Shown here piece by piece: positions 36,680 to 45,904 of a DNA stretch of 64,000 bases. Each line of letters opens with the position of its first letter. Position 1 is the first letter of the stretch. The notes under the pieces were generated by a model. That model made no database searches. It was not told the DNA's origin and saw nothing but the letters and a program-made list of their open reading frames with translations. Made by a program: the position numbers and the translations under genes. Origin of the DNA: an uncultured Rickettsiales bacterium (lineage in GTDB: Bacteria > Pseudomonadota > Alphaproteobacteria > Rickettsiales > UBA1997); NCBI GenBank assembly GCA_944391075.1, contig CALXSG010000004.1:10445-74444 (forward strand), written 5' to 3'.

Positions 36680-37414
36680 TTATTCTAATAGATATTCAAC
36701 ACTAATACAACCAAGATTTTTTTTCATAGCTGTAGAATAATCTACAAGATCACTATTATTACTATAAGTAGTACTACAACCTCCAATAATTTTTCCTTTA
36801 TTATAAATTCCATCATCGAGTTTTTTATCTATATTATACATCACCTCTGATGGAATAGTATAACTCCTTCTCTTACCGGCCTCGGTTTTATAATGACATG
36901 TAATTCTATTATGTTGATTTATTAAAGCAGTTGCTCCACCATATTGATAATGACATTGAAATTGTTCAAAAGCTTTACTAACAGGAGCTCCACCATTATT
37001 CCAATCTAATTTCTCACCAGATGGTTTATTTTTTTTAGGTTCAAAATCTAAATAACCCGTTTGAAATAATTCAACAAAAGGGCCTACCCTATCTGTTGGA
37101 ACACCATATTCCGTATTTGAAGATGTATATGGATTACCAAAACTTCCATTATCATAAATTTGTCCAGAGTGTAAACCAATTTTTCCATTTCTATTTTTAT
37201 CACCTGGCCATCTCTTTTTATTTGATTTAAAATTTTGCGTCGCTGTTGTATAAGTTCTTAATTCATCAATAAAAACCAACATTCTTCCATTCTTTATCAT
37301 GGAAATACCGCCAACTATCACCGATACTAAAAGAGATATAACAACTAAAACTATAACTGCTTCTACCATTGTAAAAGCTGATTCTTTCTTAATTTGTTGT
37401 AAACTTTTATACAT
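36680..37414 (-). CDS. Prepilin-type protein, paralog D (short 13-aa leader, no G tract)
   Basis: MYKSLQQIKKESA|FTMVEAVIVLVVISLL. The central region is similar to paralog C (GLHSGQIYDNGSFGNPY, VGPFVELF..YLDFEPKK, DKKLDDGIYNKG). A C-terminal Cys pair is present. Confidence 0.82.
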   Translation of the reverse strand: MYKSLQQIKKESAFTMVEAVIVLVVISLLVSVIVGGISMIKNGRMLVFIDELRTYTTATQNFKSNKKRWPGDKNRNGKIGLHSGQIYDNGSFGNPYTSSNTEYGVPTDRVGPFVELFQTGYLDFEPKKNKPSGEKLDWNNGGAPVSKAFEQFQCHYQYGGATALINQHNRITCHYKTEAGKRRSYTIPSEVMYNIDKKLDDGIYNKGKIIGGCSTTYSNNSDLVDYSTAMKKNLGCISVEYLLE

Positions 37415-37494
37415 AACTTAAAAAATATATAAACTACTTATAAATATATTTCAAAATGAATAAATGTCAATAAATAAAATTTTACTAACAATTA

Positions 37495-37962
37495 TTAAAT
37501 ACTAAAATCTAAATATGATTTATCAACAATAGAATCAATATTATTCTTGATTTGATGCGGTTTATTTACATATAAAAATTTAACTTTCGATGTTCCTGTT
37601 CCTGAAAAACAAATATTACCATAATCAAATATACGTCCAATTAAACTTTGCTTCATCTCAATAGCTTCAATTTTCTTATTCTTCAATTCTTCTGTCTTTA
37701 TACTAATAATTCCAACTTTACATATAATTCTTTTATTTGTAACAACCATTTCAGTCGTTTTTATAAGTAAAAAATAATACAAGGCAAGTAATATTGTAAT
37801 AAAACCAAATAATAATATTGATATATCATATATTAAACTAAATATTACAAAAACAAAAGCTACAAATGCAATTGTAAAAGCTTTAATATAGGCAAACCAA
37901 TGTAATTCCGCAACAACTTCTATTTTTTCATCATTAGCTAATGTTTGTTCAATATAAGACAT
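37495..37962 (-). CDS. Membrane protein with a bacterial PH domain (bPH_2/YdbT-like)
   Basis: Two TM helices followed by TTEMVVTNKRIICKVGIISIKTEEL...IEAIEMKQSLIGRIFDYG. Confidence 0.7.
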   Translation of the reverse strand: MSYIEQTLANDEKIEVVAELHWFAYIKAFTIAFVAFVFVIFSLIYDISILLFGFITILLALYYFLLIKTTEMVVTNKRIICKVGIISIKTEELKNKKIEAIEMKQSLIGRIFDYGNICFSGTGTSKVKFLYVNKPHQIKNNIDSIVDKSYLDFSI

Positions 37963-38029
37963 ATTTTATTTATTTGTTTTTTTAAAACTTAATACTATTG
38001 GTTATTTAGTCAAGGAAAATAATTATTAT

Positions 38030-38059
38030 GATAGTATTAACCATTAAATTAATACTATC
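38030..38059 (-). terminator. Hairpin terminator after the P-type ATPase gene
   Basis: 11-bp stem GATAGTATTAA/TTAATACTATC with an 8-nt loop. The tail is AT-rich rather than pure U. Confidence 0.5.
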
Positions 38060-38073
38060 AATATATAATTTCA

Positions 38074-40752
38074 TTATTTAGTTTTTTTTCTTAAAAAATA
38101 TTTAGCTACTTCGCTTATTATGATTACTAATAAAGCATAAGCAAATATTTTTAGCCACATAATTAAAGGAAGTGGAACTGTCCTAAATATTATGCCGAAA
38201 AATTGACTAACTATTAATTGTACAGCAAGTGTAATTGCAAATACAATAATCATGCTTTTATTTAAAAGTAAGTTTTTAAATATACTTTGATTATCAATTT
38301 CACGACAGTTGAATGCATTTAATAATTGCATAATCACAAATAAATTAAATAATATTGTTTTTTGTTGTTCTGGTGTACCACCTAAAACATTAAATATCAT
38401 TTGTGAAAATAATATTAATGATATTAAAACACCCATTGATGAAATTTTTAACCATAAAGATTTTGTAATTATACTTACTTTTCTATTAATTGGTTTTTGA
38501 TGCATTAGATTATTTCTAACTGGTTCTAAACCTAATGTTAATGCTGGTGGGCCATCCATTATAATATTAATCCATAATAATTGCAATGCTGTAAATGGTG
38601 CTGGATAACCTAATAAAACAGAAACAAATACAATTAAAACAGCAGAAACATTTACTGTTAATTGAAATGTAATAAATCTTTGAAAGTTTTGATAAATATT
38701 TCTTCCCCATTTAATTGCTTTTGCTATTGTAGCAAATGAATCATCAAGTAAAACTATGTCAGCAGCTTCTCTTGAAACTTCTGTACCGGCAATACCCATA
38801 GCAATACCAACATCAGCATTTTTAATTGCTGGTGCATCATTTACACCATCACCTGTAACAGCAATAGTATTTCCTCTTTCTCTTAGCATTTTTACAACTC
38901 TTAATTTTGTAGTTGGTGTACTTCTTGCAATTACAACAATATTATCAATACAACTTGCTAATTTTTCATCATCCATTTCTTCAATTTCTTTTGCTGTCAA
39001 AACTAATGATTCAGAAGTTAAAATATTTAATTCATTAGCAATAGCTCTTGCGGTAACAACATGATCACCTGTCAAAATTTTTAAATTAATACCAGCCATT
39101 CTACAATTTCTTACAGCATCTAAAACTTCTGGCCTTAATGGATCATAAATAATTACAAAACCATCAAAAACCATATCACTTTCCATTTTTGCATGATTTT
39201 CTGGTTTTTCTAAATCTTCAATATCATCCTTCAAAATTTTATGTGCAAAGCCAATAACTCTCATAGCTTTTTCTTGCGATTTGAATATTTCTAATTCAAT
39301 ATTATATTTGTCATCATTATCAAGTTTACACATTGAAATAATTTTTTCAGGACTTCCTTTTACATAAGCAACTGTTTCTTTATCATTTCTTACAACAGTT
39401 GTCATATGTTTTTCTTCGGAAGAAAATGGAAATACTTTTATATATTCAACTTCTTTCTTTTTATCTTTATAAGATTTTTTAGATGTTCTAATTGGACAAG
39501 AACATTGATAAAAAGCTAGCATAGCAGATTCAGTAGGATTACCTAAAAATTTTACATCATCTCCATCAATATCTATATCAGCAGAAGAATTTACACAAAT
39601 ATTTGTAGTTAAATAATGTGAAATATCTTCTTCCATTTCTTGATGCCAACCTTTATCATCGTAGTAGCCCATAACTTTCATTTTATTTTGTGTTAAAGTA
39701 CCAGTTTTGTCAGAACAAATAATATTTACGGCCCCTATTGTTTCGCAAGCTACCATCTTTTTTACTAATGCATTTTCTTTTGCCATTTTTATAACATTTA
39801 AAGCTAATGATATAGCAACTATTGTGGATAGCCCTTCTGGGACAGCTGCAACAATTAAAGCTATACTTGTAATAAAAATTTCACCAATAGATTCACTATC
39901 ACCAATACCATAAAATTTTTGAATAATTTGAGCTATAAAAATTAAAATTGCAGCTCCTATTGCAAAAATACTTATATGTTGTCCTAATTTATCAAGTTTT
40001 TCTTGTAATGGTGTTGTTTGTTTTCCAGAATGTTTTAATTCATGTGCTATTTTTCCTAATTCAGTATGATCACCAACAGCAACAACTATTGCTTCACAAG
40101 AACCTGTTGTAATATAACAACCAGCATACAACATATTAACTCTTTCAGCAAGTGGAGTATCTTCATTATCTAAAATTACATTTCCAACTTTATGAATTGG
40201 TAAACTTTCACCAGTTAAAGATGCTTCGTCAGAAGTTAATTGATTAGCAGAAATAATATAACAATCAGCTGGTATTTTATCGCCTGTTTCTAATGTAACA
40301 ATATCACCTACAACTAAATCACTTTGAGAAACTATTTGAGGAACACCATTTCTCTTAACTTTTACAGCAATATTACTTTGAATTTTTTGCAATGCTTGAA
40401 AAGCCTTTTCTGAGTGCCCTTCCATAATAATGGTAATAGCAGCAGATAAAAATATTGCAACTAAAATACCAGTACATTCAACAAAATCAGTTTCTGCCCC
40501 TGTAAATAATCTATAAAGATTAATTCCTATTGTGATCAAAGCGGCAACAATAAGAATAATTGTCATAGGTTCACATAATGCTTCTAAAACTTTTTCTAAA
40601 AAGCTTTTTCCTTTTGCAACGGTTAAATTATTAGAACCATATTTTTCTTTATTTAATTCAACCATTTCATCAGTAAGTCCTATTTCTAAATTACTATTTA
40701 ATTTTTTAGCAATATCATTTGCTTCCATCATATAAAATTTTGAATTTTCCAT
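38074..40752 (-). CDS. P-type cation-transporting ATPase (type IIA, Ca2+/Mn2+ pump-like)
   Basis: 892 aa with DKTGTLT, TGES and TGDGVNDAPAIK motifs and 10-TM architecture. Confidence 0.9.
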   Translation of the reverse strand: MENSKFYMMEANDIAKKLNSNLEIGLTDEMVELNKEKYGSNNLTVAKGKSFLEKVLEALCEPMTIILIVAALITIGINLYRLFTGAETDFVECTGILVAIFLSAAITIIMEGHSEKAFQALQKIQSNIAVKVKRNGVPQIVSQSDLVVGDIVTLETGDKIPADCYIISANQLTSDEASLTGESLPIHKVGNVILDNEDTPLAERVNMLYAGCYITTGSCEAIVVAVGDHTELGKIAHELKHSGKQTTPLQEKLDKLGQHISIFAIGAAILIFIAQIIQKFYGIGDSESIGEIFITSIALIVAAVPEGLSTIVAISLALNVIKMAKENALVKKMVACETIGAVNIICSDKTGTLTQNKMKVMGYYDDKGWHQEMEEDISHYLTTNICVNSSADIDIDGDDVKFLGNPTESAMLAFYQCSCPIRTSKKSYKDKKKEVEYIKVFPFSSEEKHMTTVVRNDKETVAYVKGSPEKIISMCKLDNDDKYNIELEIFKSQEKAMRVIGFAHKILKDDIEDLEKPENHAKMESDMVFDGFVIIYDPLRPEVLDAVRNCRMAGINLKILTGDHVVTARAIANELNILTSESLVLTAKEIEEMDDEKLASCIDNIVVIARSTPTTKLRVVKMLRERGNTIAVTGDGVNDAPAIKNADVGIAMGIAGTEVSREAADIVLLDDSFATIAKAIKWGRNIYQNFQRFITFQLTVNVSAVLIVFVSVLLGYPAPFTALQLLWINIIMDGPPALTLGLEPVRNNLMHQKPINRKVSIITKSLWLKISSMGVLISLILFSQMIFNVLGGTPEQQKTILFNLFVIMQLLNAFNCREIDNQSIFKNLLLNKSMIIVFAITLAVQLIVSQFFGIIFRTVPLPLIMWLKIFAYALLVIIISEVAKYFLRKKTK

Positions 40753-40811
40753 TTCTTTCCTTATTTGTTAACAACACAAACCTTTAAACTTTATAATAAA
40801 ATATAAAGCAT

Positions 40812-40920
40812 CTAAAAAAGATTCTCGTTGCTAGTATGATACCAGCCGTATAGCCAGATATAGATTTTATATCGAGTTGTTGACTTAATACGATTAAACT
40901 ACTCCATCTCCATAGAGATT
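40812..40920 (-). ncRNA. Candidate yybP-ykoY (Mn2+) riboswitch-like leader of the P-type ATPase gene
   Basis: The minus strand reads GGAGAU-GGAGUAG...GGCUGGUAUCAUAC-UAGCAACGAGA-AUCUUUUUU. GGAGUAG and UAGCAA.GA are the two most conserved yybP-ykoY strands. The flanking GGAGAU/AUCUUU can form P1. The segment is GC-richer than the surrounding spacer. Confidence 0.4.
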
Positions 40921-40945
40921 GTAAAAATATTTTTTTAATAGTCAA
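40918..40945 (-). promoter_or_regulatory. Candidate promoter for the ATPase leader
   Basis: Minus strand has TTGACT (40945-40940), a 16-nt spacer and TACAAT (40923-40918). This places the start at the 5' edge of the candidate riboswitch. Confidence 0.35.
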
Positions 40946-41030
40946 GAATAATTATAAAATTGATAAATAGATATTATTAATATAAAATAATTTTTACATT
41001 ATTATTATAAATTTGATAATATATATACTA

Positions 41031-41058
41031 AATAAGTCCACATAAAAGTGGACTTATT
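41031..41058 (-). terminator. Hairpin terminator after rplY
   Basis: 11-bp stem AATAAGTCCAC/GTGGACTTATT with a 6-nt loop, 23 nt after the rplY stop. Confidence 0.55.
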
Positions 41059-41080
41059 AGATAGTAATAATTTAATAAAA

Positions 41081-41743
41081 TTATTTTTTTGCTTCTGTTG
41101 TAGCTGCTGCATCAGTTGTAGCTGTTGCAGTTGCATCAGTTGTAGCTGCTGCTTGTTGTACAGTGTCATCTGTTGATTTTCCTCTACCTGTAACAGTAAC
41201 TACATTAAAGTTTGTTTTATCAACAACTTTTACATTATCAGGTAATTTTACATCATTGATTTTAATTTTACTACCAATGTGCATTGAATCAACATAAACA
41301 TCTATTGAAGCTGGAATATTCATTGGGTCAACATAAAGTTGAATCTTTCTTTTTAAAATATTTAAGAAACCACCTCTTTTTAAACCAGGAGCTTTTTCTT
41401 TACCAATAAAGTTTACAGGAACATAAACTTTAACTTCTTTTTTATCTTTAATATTAATAAAATCTACATGTCTTGGCAAATCTGTAAGTGGATCAATATC
41501 AATTTGATATGTTAAAACTTGATATTTTTTACCATCAACTGTTAATTCAATAGGCTTTATTTCAATATTTCCTTTTAAATATTCTTTATCAAAATCTTTT
41601 TTTGCAATAGAAATATATAAGTTATCACTGCCATTTGTGCCATAAATAACAGCAGGTGTATAACCTTCTTTTCTTAATCTATTAGTATTACTAGAACCTA
41701 AATCTTTTCTAATGCTACCATTTAAAGTTAAAAATTCAACCAT
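41081..41743 (-). CDS. rplY: 50S ribosomal protein L25 / general stress protein Ctc, with an A/T-rich (Ala/Thr) C-terminal tail
   Basis: N-terminus LNGSIRKDLGSSNTNRLRKEGYTPAVIYG is typical of bL25. The C-tail is ATTDATATATTDAAATTEAKK. Confidence 0.88.
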   Translation of the reverse strand: MVEFLTLNGSIRKDLGSSNTNRLRKEGYTPAVIYGTNGSDNLYISIAKKDFDKEYLKGNIEIKPIELTVDGKKYQVLTYQIDIDPLTDLPRHVDFINIKDKKEVKVYVPVNFIGKEKAPGLKRGGFLNILKRKIQLYVDPMNIPASIDVYVDSMHIGSKIKINDVKLPDNVKVVDKTNFNVVTVTGRGKSTDDTVQQAAATTDATATATTDAAATTEAKK

Positions 41744-41810
41744 TTTACTCTCACATTTTTTTTAATAAAATAATAAATATACTAATTAAATACAATTAGT
41801 ATTAGCTGTT

Positions 41811-42362
41811 TTATTTTTCTTCTTTTTCAGTATTTTTCTTTACTTCTTCAATAATTTGATTAAATAAAGATTGACTGCAAAGACCTAATAAAACAGGATC
41901 TCTAGGTGTTATCTCTTTAATATTCCAATGAGTTCTATTCCTAATAGAATCAATCATTGTAGTTGTGGTACCAATTAATTTTCTAATTTGTGCGTCAGTA
42001 ATATCAGGATAATATTTTAAAAGATAAGCGATACCATTTGGTTTATCACTTCTTCTTGCAATTGGTGTATATTTTCCTTTCTTTTTACTGGTTACTTCAA
42101 CTGTTTCTGAAATTTGTTCTTTTAATTCTAATTGTTTATTAGGATCTTTCTCACAAGCTTCAATCATTTCTCTTGTTAATTGGCCATTATCAATAGGACT
42201 TTGTCCAATAATACCACCAGCAACATCACCATCAGCAATACCTTGCACTTCAAGTTCATGCATACCACAAAAATTAGCAATCTGCTCAAAAGTTAATGAT
42301 GTATTATCAACTAACCATACAGCAGCTGCTTTTCTCATTAAAGGTAATTTACTTCCACTCAT
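41811..42362 (-). CDS. DUF1013/TrcR-family protein (alphaproteobacterial cell-cycle regulator family)
   Basis: PLMRKAAAVWLVDNTSLTFEQIANFCGMHELEVQGIADGDVA matches my memory of the family's conserved N-terminus. Confidence 0.75.
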   Translation of the reverse strand: MSGSKLPLMRKAAAVWLVDNTSLTFEQIANFCGMHELEVQGIADGDVAGGIIGQSPIDNGQLTREMIEACEKDPNKQLELKEQISETVEVTSKKKGKYTPIARRSDKPNGIAYLLKYYPDITDAQIRKLIGTTTTMIDSIRNRTHWNIKEITPRDPVLLGLCSQSLFNQIIEEVKKNTEKEEK

Positions 42363-42492
42363 ACTCTCTCTTTTATATAATTCAATAACTTATTAAAAGC
42401 TAATAGCTAATAATATTTAAGTCAACAAAAATTAAAACTTTTTCAACTAATTTAATTTATATAATACTTTTTAAAATATGCAACAAATAAAT

Positions 42493-43965
42493 CTAAATAG
42501 CTAAATTAAAATCACATTCAAAATCATTAAATACTGAGAAATAATCAATCATTAATGAAATGATATTATAATAGCTATTAACCAATGCAACTTCTGACTC
42601 AAATAAAGAATCTTCATCTTGTATTAATTCACTCAAAGCAATTCTACCTTGATTATATTTTGTTCTCATACTTTCAACTCTAATTGTCAAGTTGTCTCTA
42701 TAAGCCTTTTGATCTTCCATAACATTGATTAAGTTTTGCATTGATATCGCAAAATAATTATGGAAAGAAACTAAATTTGACATAATCTCTTTCTTTTCAG
42801 CATTGTGTTGCATTTTTAATATTTTCATTTGATTTTCTTTTGTATCACTATAAGCACTACCAAAAGGAACAGAAATATTTAAACCAATGCTATAATCTTT
42901 TTGTTCAGCATTACTCATATCATCAAAAGAATCACTGTTTTCTTTTCCATAACCTAATGATGCGGCACTTGCTTCCAATTTTACATCAGCATCAGAATAT
43001 CTTTCTAAGGCTTTTAAATTTGCATTAATTTTTTCATCTTTGTAATTAATAATCTTAGTATAAGATGTTAAATTTAAAGGTGTTTCTTTTTGATTTTTAA
43101 TTTTCTTATAACAAGCCTTTATACTATTTTCAACACCATCAAAGGTACCAAAATCAAATTCTAATTTTTTACCATTCAATTCTGGAATTAAATTAGATAA
43201 TTCCCTCTTTATATTTTCCATACTATATTTTAAAGAAGAAAGATTAGCCTTTCTAGTATTAACAACAGCCGCTGCCCTAGCGAGATCACCTCTATCAGCA
43301 ACAGAAGCTTTATACATCTTTCTAACATTATCTTCTTGTAAAATAGCTTGTTTAATCAATCTATCATAAATCTTTGTAAGTGTATTATCAATACTTAATT
43401 TCCAATACATTTTTCTAATTTCATTATAGAATTTTGTGGTTTCAAGTTTAGCTTGTTCTTTTGTCTCTTCTTGATTAAATTTTAGTCCTAATTTTTCAGC
43501 TCTTTCTGTATAACCTAATAAGTTTTTCCATAAATCAACAGTTAATTTAGCTTCTAAACTAGAATCATATTGAGAATTTATATTTTCCCCTGGTTGATAA
43601 TTATATGTTTTTGCAAAATTATTATAAATTCCAACATTAAGATTCATACCAACAGGTAGGTTTTGATTTACACTTAAACCATAATTTCTAGCTGGATCAT
43701 CAAATTGTCCTTGATAACCATTAAATACATCACCGCTTACACCATTGTAATTTGCTTGACCATTTACAGTTGTACTATATTTTTGATTATATTGTGTTAA
43801 ATCTAAATCGGATTGAACAACCATTGCATTAATCTTCTCAATAGAAGGAACGTTGTTTGTCATTAACTCTTTTAATTTTTGTTCATTAATGACTACTTTT
43901 TCCTGTGCTAAAACAAATGCAGGACTTAACAAAATTGCCGCTAATATTTTTTTATTCATTTCCAT
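42493..43965 (-). CDS. TolC-family outer-membrane efflux protein
   Basis: Signal peptide (NKKILAAILLSPAFVLAQ), ~490 aa, with duplicated coiled/beta repeat organisation. The exact start is uncertain (ORF-track TTG at 43986, ATGs at 43965 and 43959). Confidence 0.65.
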   Translation of the reverse strand: MEMNKKILAAILLSPAFVLAQEKVVINEQKLKELMTNNVPSIEKINAMVVQSDLDLTQYNQKYSTTVNGQANYNGVSGDVFNGYQGQFDDPARNYGLSVNQNLPVGMNLNVGIYNNFAKTYNYQPGENINSQYDSSLEAKLTVDLWKNLLGYTERAEKLGLKFNQEETKEQAKLETTKFYNEIRKMYWKLSIDNTLTKIYDRLIKQAILQEDNVRKMYKASVADRGDLARAAAVVNTRKANLSSLKYSMENIKRELSNLIPELNGKKLEFDFGTFDGVENSIKACYKKIKNQKETPLNLTSYTKIINYKDEKINANLKALERYSDADVKLEASAASLGYGKENSDSFDDMSNAEQKDYSIGLNISVPFGSAYSDTKENQMKILKMQHNAEKKEIMSNLVSFHNYFAISMQNLINVMEDQKAYRDNLTIRVESMRTKYNQGRIALSELIQDEDSLFESEVALVNSYYNIISLMIDYFSVFNDFECDFNLAI

Positions 43966-44103
43966 TAAAAAAGTTTTTACTAACAAATAACATTATAGAA
44001 TTGATTATTTAATAAAATCAAGTTTTTATTTTATAAATAAAATTTTAAATCAACTATTAAAATTTAAAGGATAACGGGAAAAATAAAATTTTTCCCATTG
44101 TAT

Positions 44104-44817
44104 TTAGTCATTGCTTATTATAGTATATTTTCCTTCGCCTTTAATGGCATTTAAGAAAGCATCTTGTTCGGAAATTTTGAATACTAAAATTGGCATATTG
44201 TTATCTCTTGCCAATGTTAAAGCTGTTGGATCCATAACTCTTAAATCTCTTTTAATTGCTTCATCAAATGAAATTTTATCAAATCTAACTGCATCAGGGT
44301 ATTTTTTTGGATCTTTATCATAAACACCATCAACTTGTGTGCCTTTTAAAATAACATCACATCTCATTTCGGTTGCTCTTAAAACAGAAGCTGTATCAGT
44401 AGTAAAATATGGATTACCTGTACCGGCAACAAAAATATTAATTCGTCCTTTTTCTAAATGACTTAAAGCTCTTCTTAAAGTATAGGTTTCACAAACACCA
44501 GTCATATCAAGTGCTGACATCATTCTAGCTTCTACACCGTATTTCTCAATACCAGCTTGTAAAGCAATACCATTCATAACAGTTGCTAACATACCCATAT
44601 AATCGGCACTAGCTCTGTCCATTATTTCACTAGTAGCAGAAACACCCCTAAAAATATTCCCACCACCAACTACAACAGAAATTTCAGCACCAGCTTTGTG
44701 TATACTAACAATTTCTTCACAAGTCTTTTTAATAGCATTCATATCATGTCCAAATGGTTTATCACCCATTAATGATTCACCTGATACTTTAAACAAAACT
44801 CTTTTATATTTTAACAT
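44104..44817 (-). CDS. pyrH: UMP kinase
   Basis: YKRVLFKVSGESL, VVGGGNIFRG and GTGNPYFTTD motifs. Confidence 0.95.
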   Translation of the reverse strand: MLKYKRVLFKVSGESLMGDKPFGHDMNAIKKTCEEIVSIHKAGAEISVVVGGGNIFRGVSATSEIMDRASADYMGMLATVMNGIALQAGIEKYGVEARMMSALDMTGVCETYTLRRALSHLEKGRINIFVAGTGNPYFTTDTASVLRATEMRCDVILKGTQVDGVYDKDPKKYPDAVRFDKISFDEAIKRDLRVMDPTALTLARDNNMPILVFKISEQDAFLNAIKGEGKYTIISND

Positions 44818-44840
44818 TTTGCCCCTTTTTTTAATTATTA

Positions 44841-44870
44841 AAAAAGAAGTAGTTTTAACTACTTCTTTAA
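44841..44870 (-). terminator. Rho-independent terminator/attenuator between tsf and pyrH
   Basis: Stem GAAGTAG/CTACTTC (extendable with A/T pairs), followed on the minus strand by TTTTTTAAT. Confidence 0.55.
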
Positions 44871-44874
44871 AAAA

Positions 44875-45813
44875 TTAAGCTTTATTAACCATTGACGCAA
44901 CTTCGTCTGCGAAATCGGCTGTTTGCTTTTCTATACCTTCACCTAAAACGAAGAATACATATTCTTGAATTTCAACTTTCTTTCCTGTTTCTTTTTCAAA
45001 ATCTTTTAAAAGATCAGAAATCTTTTTGTTGCCATCCATAATGTATGCTTGATTTAAAAGTACATTTTCTTCATAATACTTTTTAACTCTACCTTCAACC
45101 ATTTTTTCAACAATATTATCTGGTTTACCTGACTTCTTAGCTAATTCTCTTGCGATTTCTTTTTCAGAATCAATTTTAGTAGCAGGAACATCAGCTTCTG
45201 TTAAAAATTCAGGTTTTGTAGCAGCAATATGCATTGCAATACCTTTTCCTAATTCTTCTAATTTATCTTGTGAAGCATCGGATTTTAAAGCAACTAATAC
45301 ACCAATTTTTCCAAGTCCAGGAGCTATTGCTGTGTGAACATAAGAAACAATTAAACCATTATCAACAGTAATCGTTTTTCCTCTTCTAATTTGTAAATTT
45401 TCACCAATTGTAGCAACAGCATTAGCAACTATATCAGAAACAACTTCATTACATTTTTCACATTTTGAAGATTTTAATGTTTCTGCAAACTTATATGTAT
45501 CATCTTCTTTAATATTTAAAGAAATTTTTAATAAGTTCTTAACTAAATCTTGGAATTTTTCGTTTCTAGCAACAAAATCTGTTTCTGAGTTTACTTCAAG
45601 TATTGTTGCTTTTTTGCCATCATTTTCAATACCAACAACACCTTCTGCTGTAACTCTAGAACTTTTTTTAGCTGCGGATGATAAACCTTTTTTTCTTAAC
45701 CATTCAACAGCCTTTTCGTAGTCATCATTATTTTCTTTTAAAGCTTTATTACAGTCAGCCATACCACAGCCTGTATTTTCTCTAAGCTTTTTAATTAAAT
45801 CTGCATTTGCCAT
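44875..45813 (-). CDS. tsf: Elongation factor Ts
   Basis: LIKKLRENTGCGMADCNKAL (UBA-like N-terminus) and a conserved dimerisation region. rpsB-tsf-pyrH synteny. Confidence 0.95.
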   Translation of the reverse strand: MANADLIKKLRENTGCGMADCNKALKENNDDYEKAVEWLRKKGLSSAAKKSSRVTAEGVVGIENDGKKATILEVNSETDFVARNEKFQDLVKNLLKISLNIKEDDTYKFAETLKSSKCEKCNEVVSDIVANAVATIGENLQIRRGKTITVDNGLIVSYVHTAIAPGLGKIGVLVALKSDASQDKLEELGKGIAMHIAATKPEFLTEADVPATKIDSEKEIARELAKKSGKPDNIVEKMVEGRVKKYYEENVLLNQAYIMDGNKKISDLLKDFEKETGKKVEIQEYVFFVLGEGIEKQTADFADEVASMVNKA

Positions 45814-45904
45814 TTTTATCCTTTTTTTTGTTTTGTATTAATATAAATATTATATGTTTGTTAATTGTTGAAGGAAATAAGTACTTATTTCCTTCTTTTA
45901 ATTA

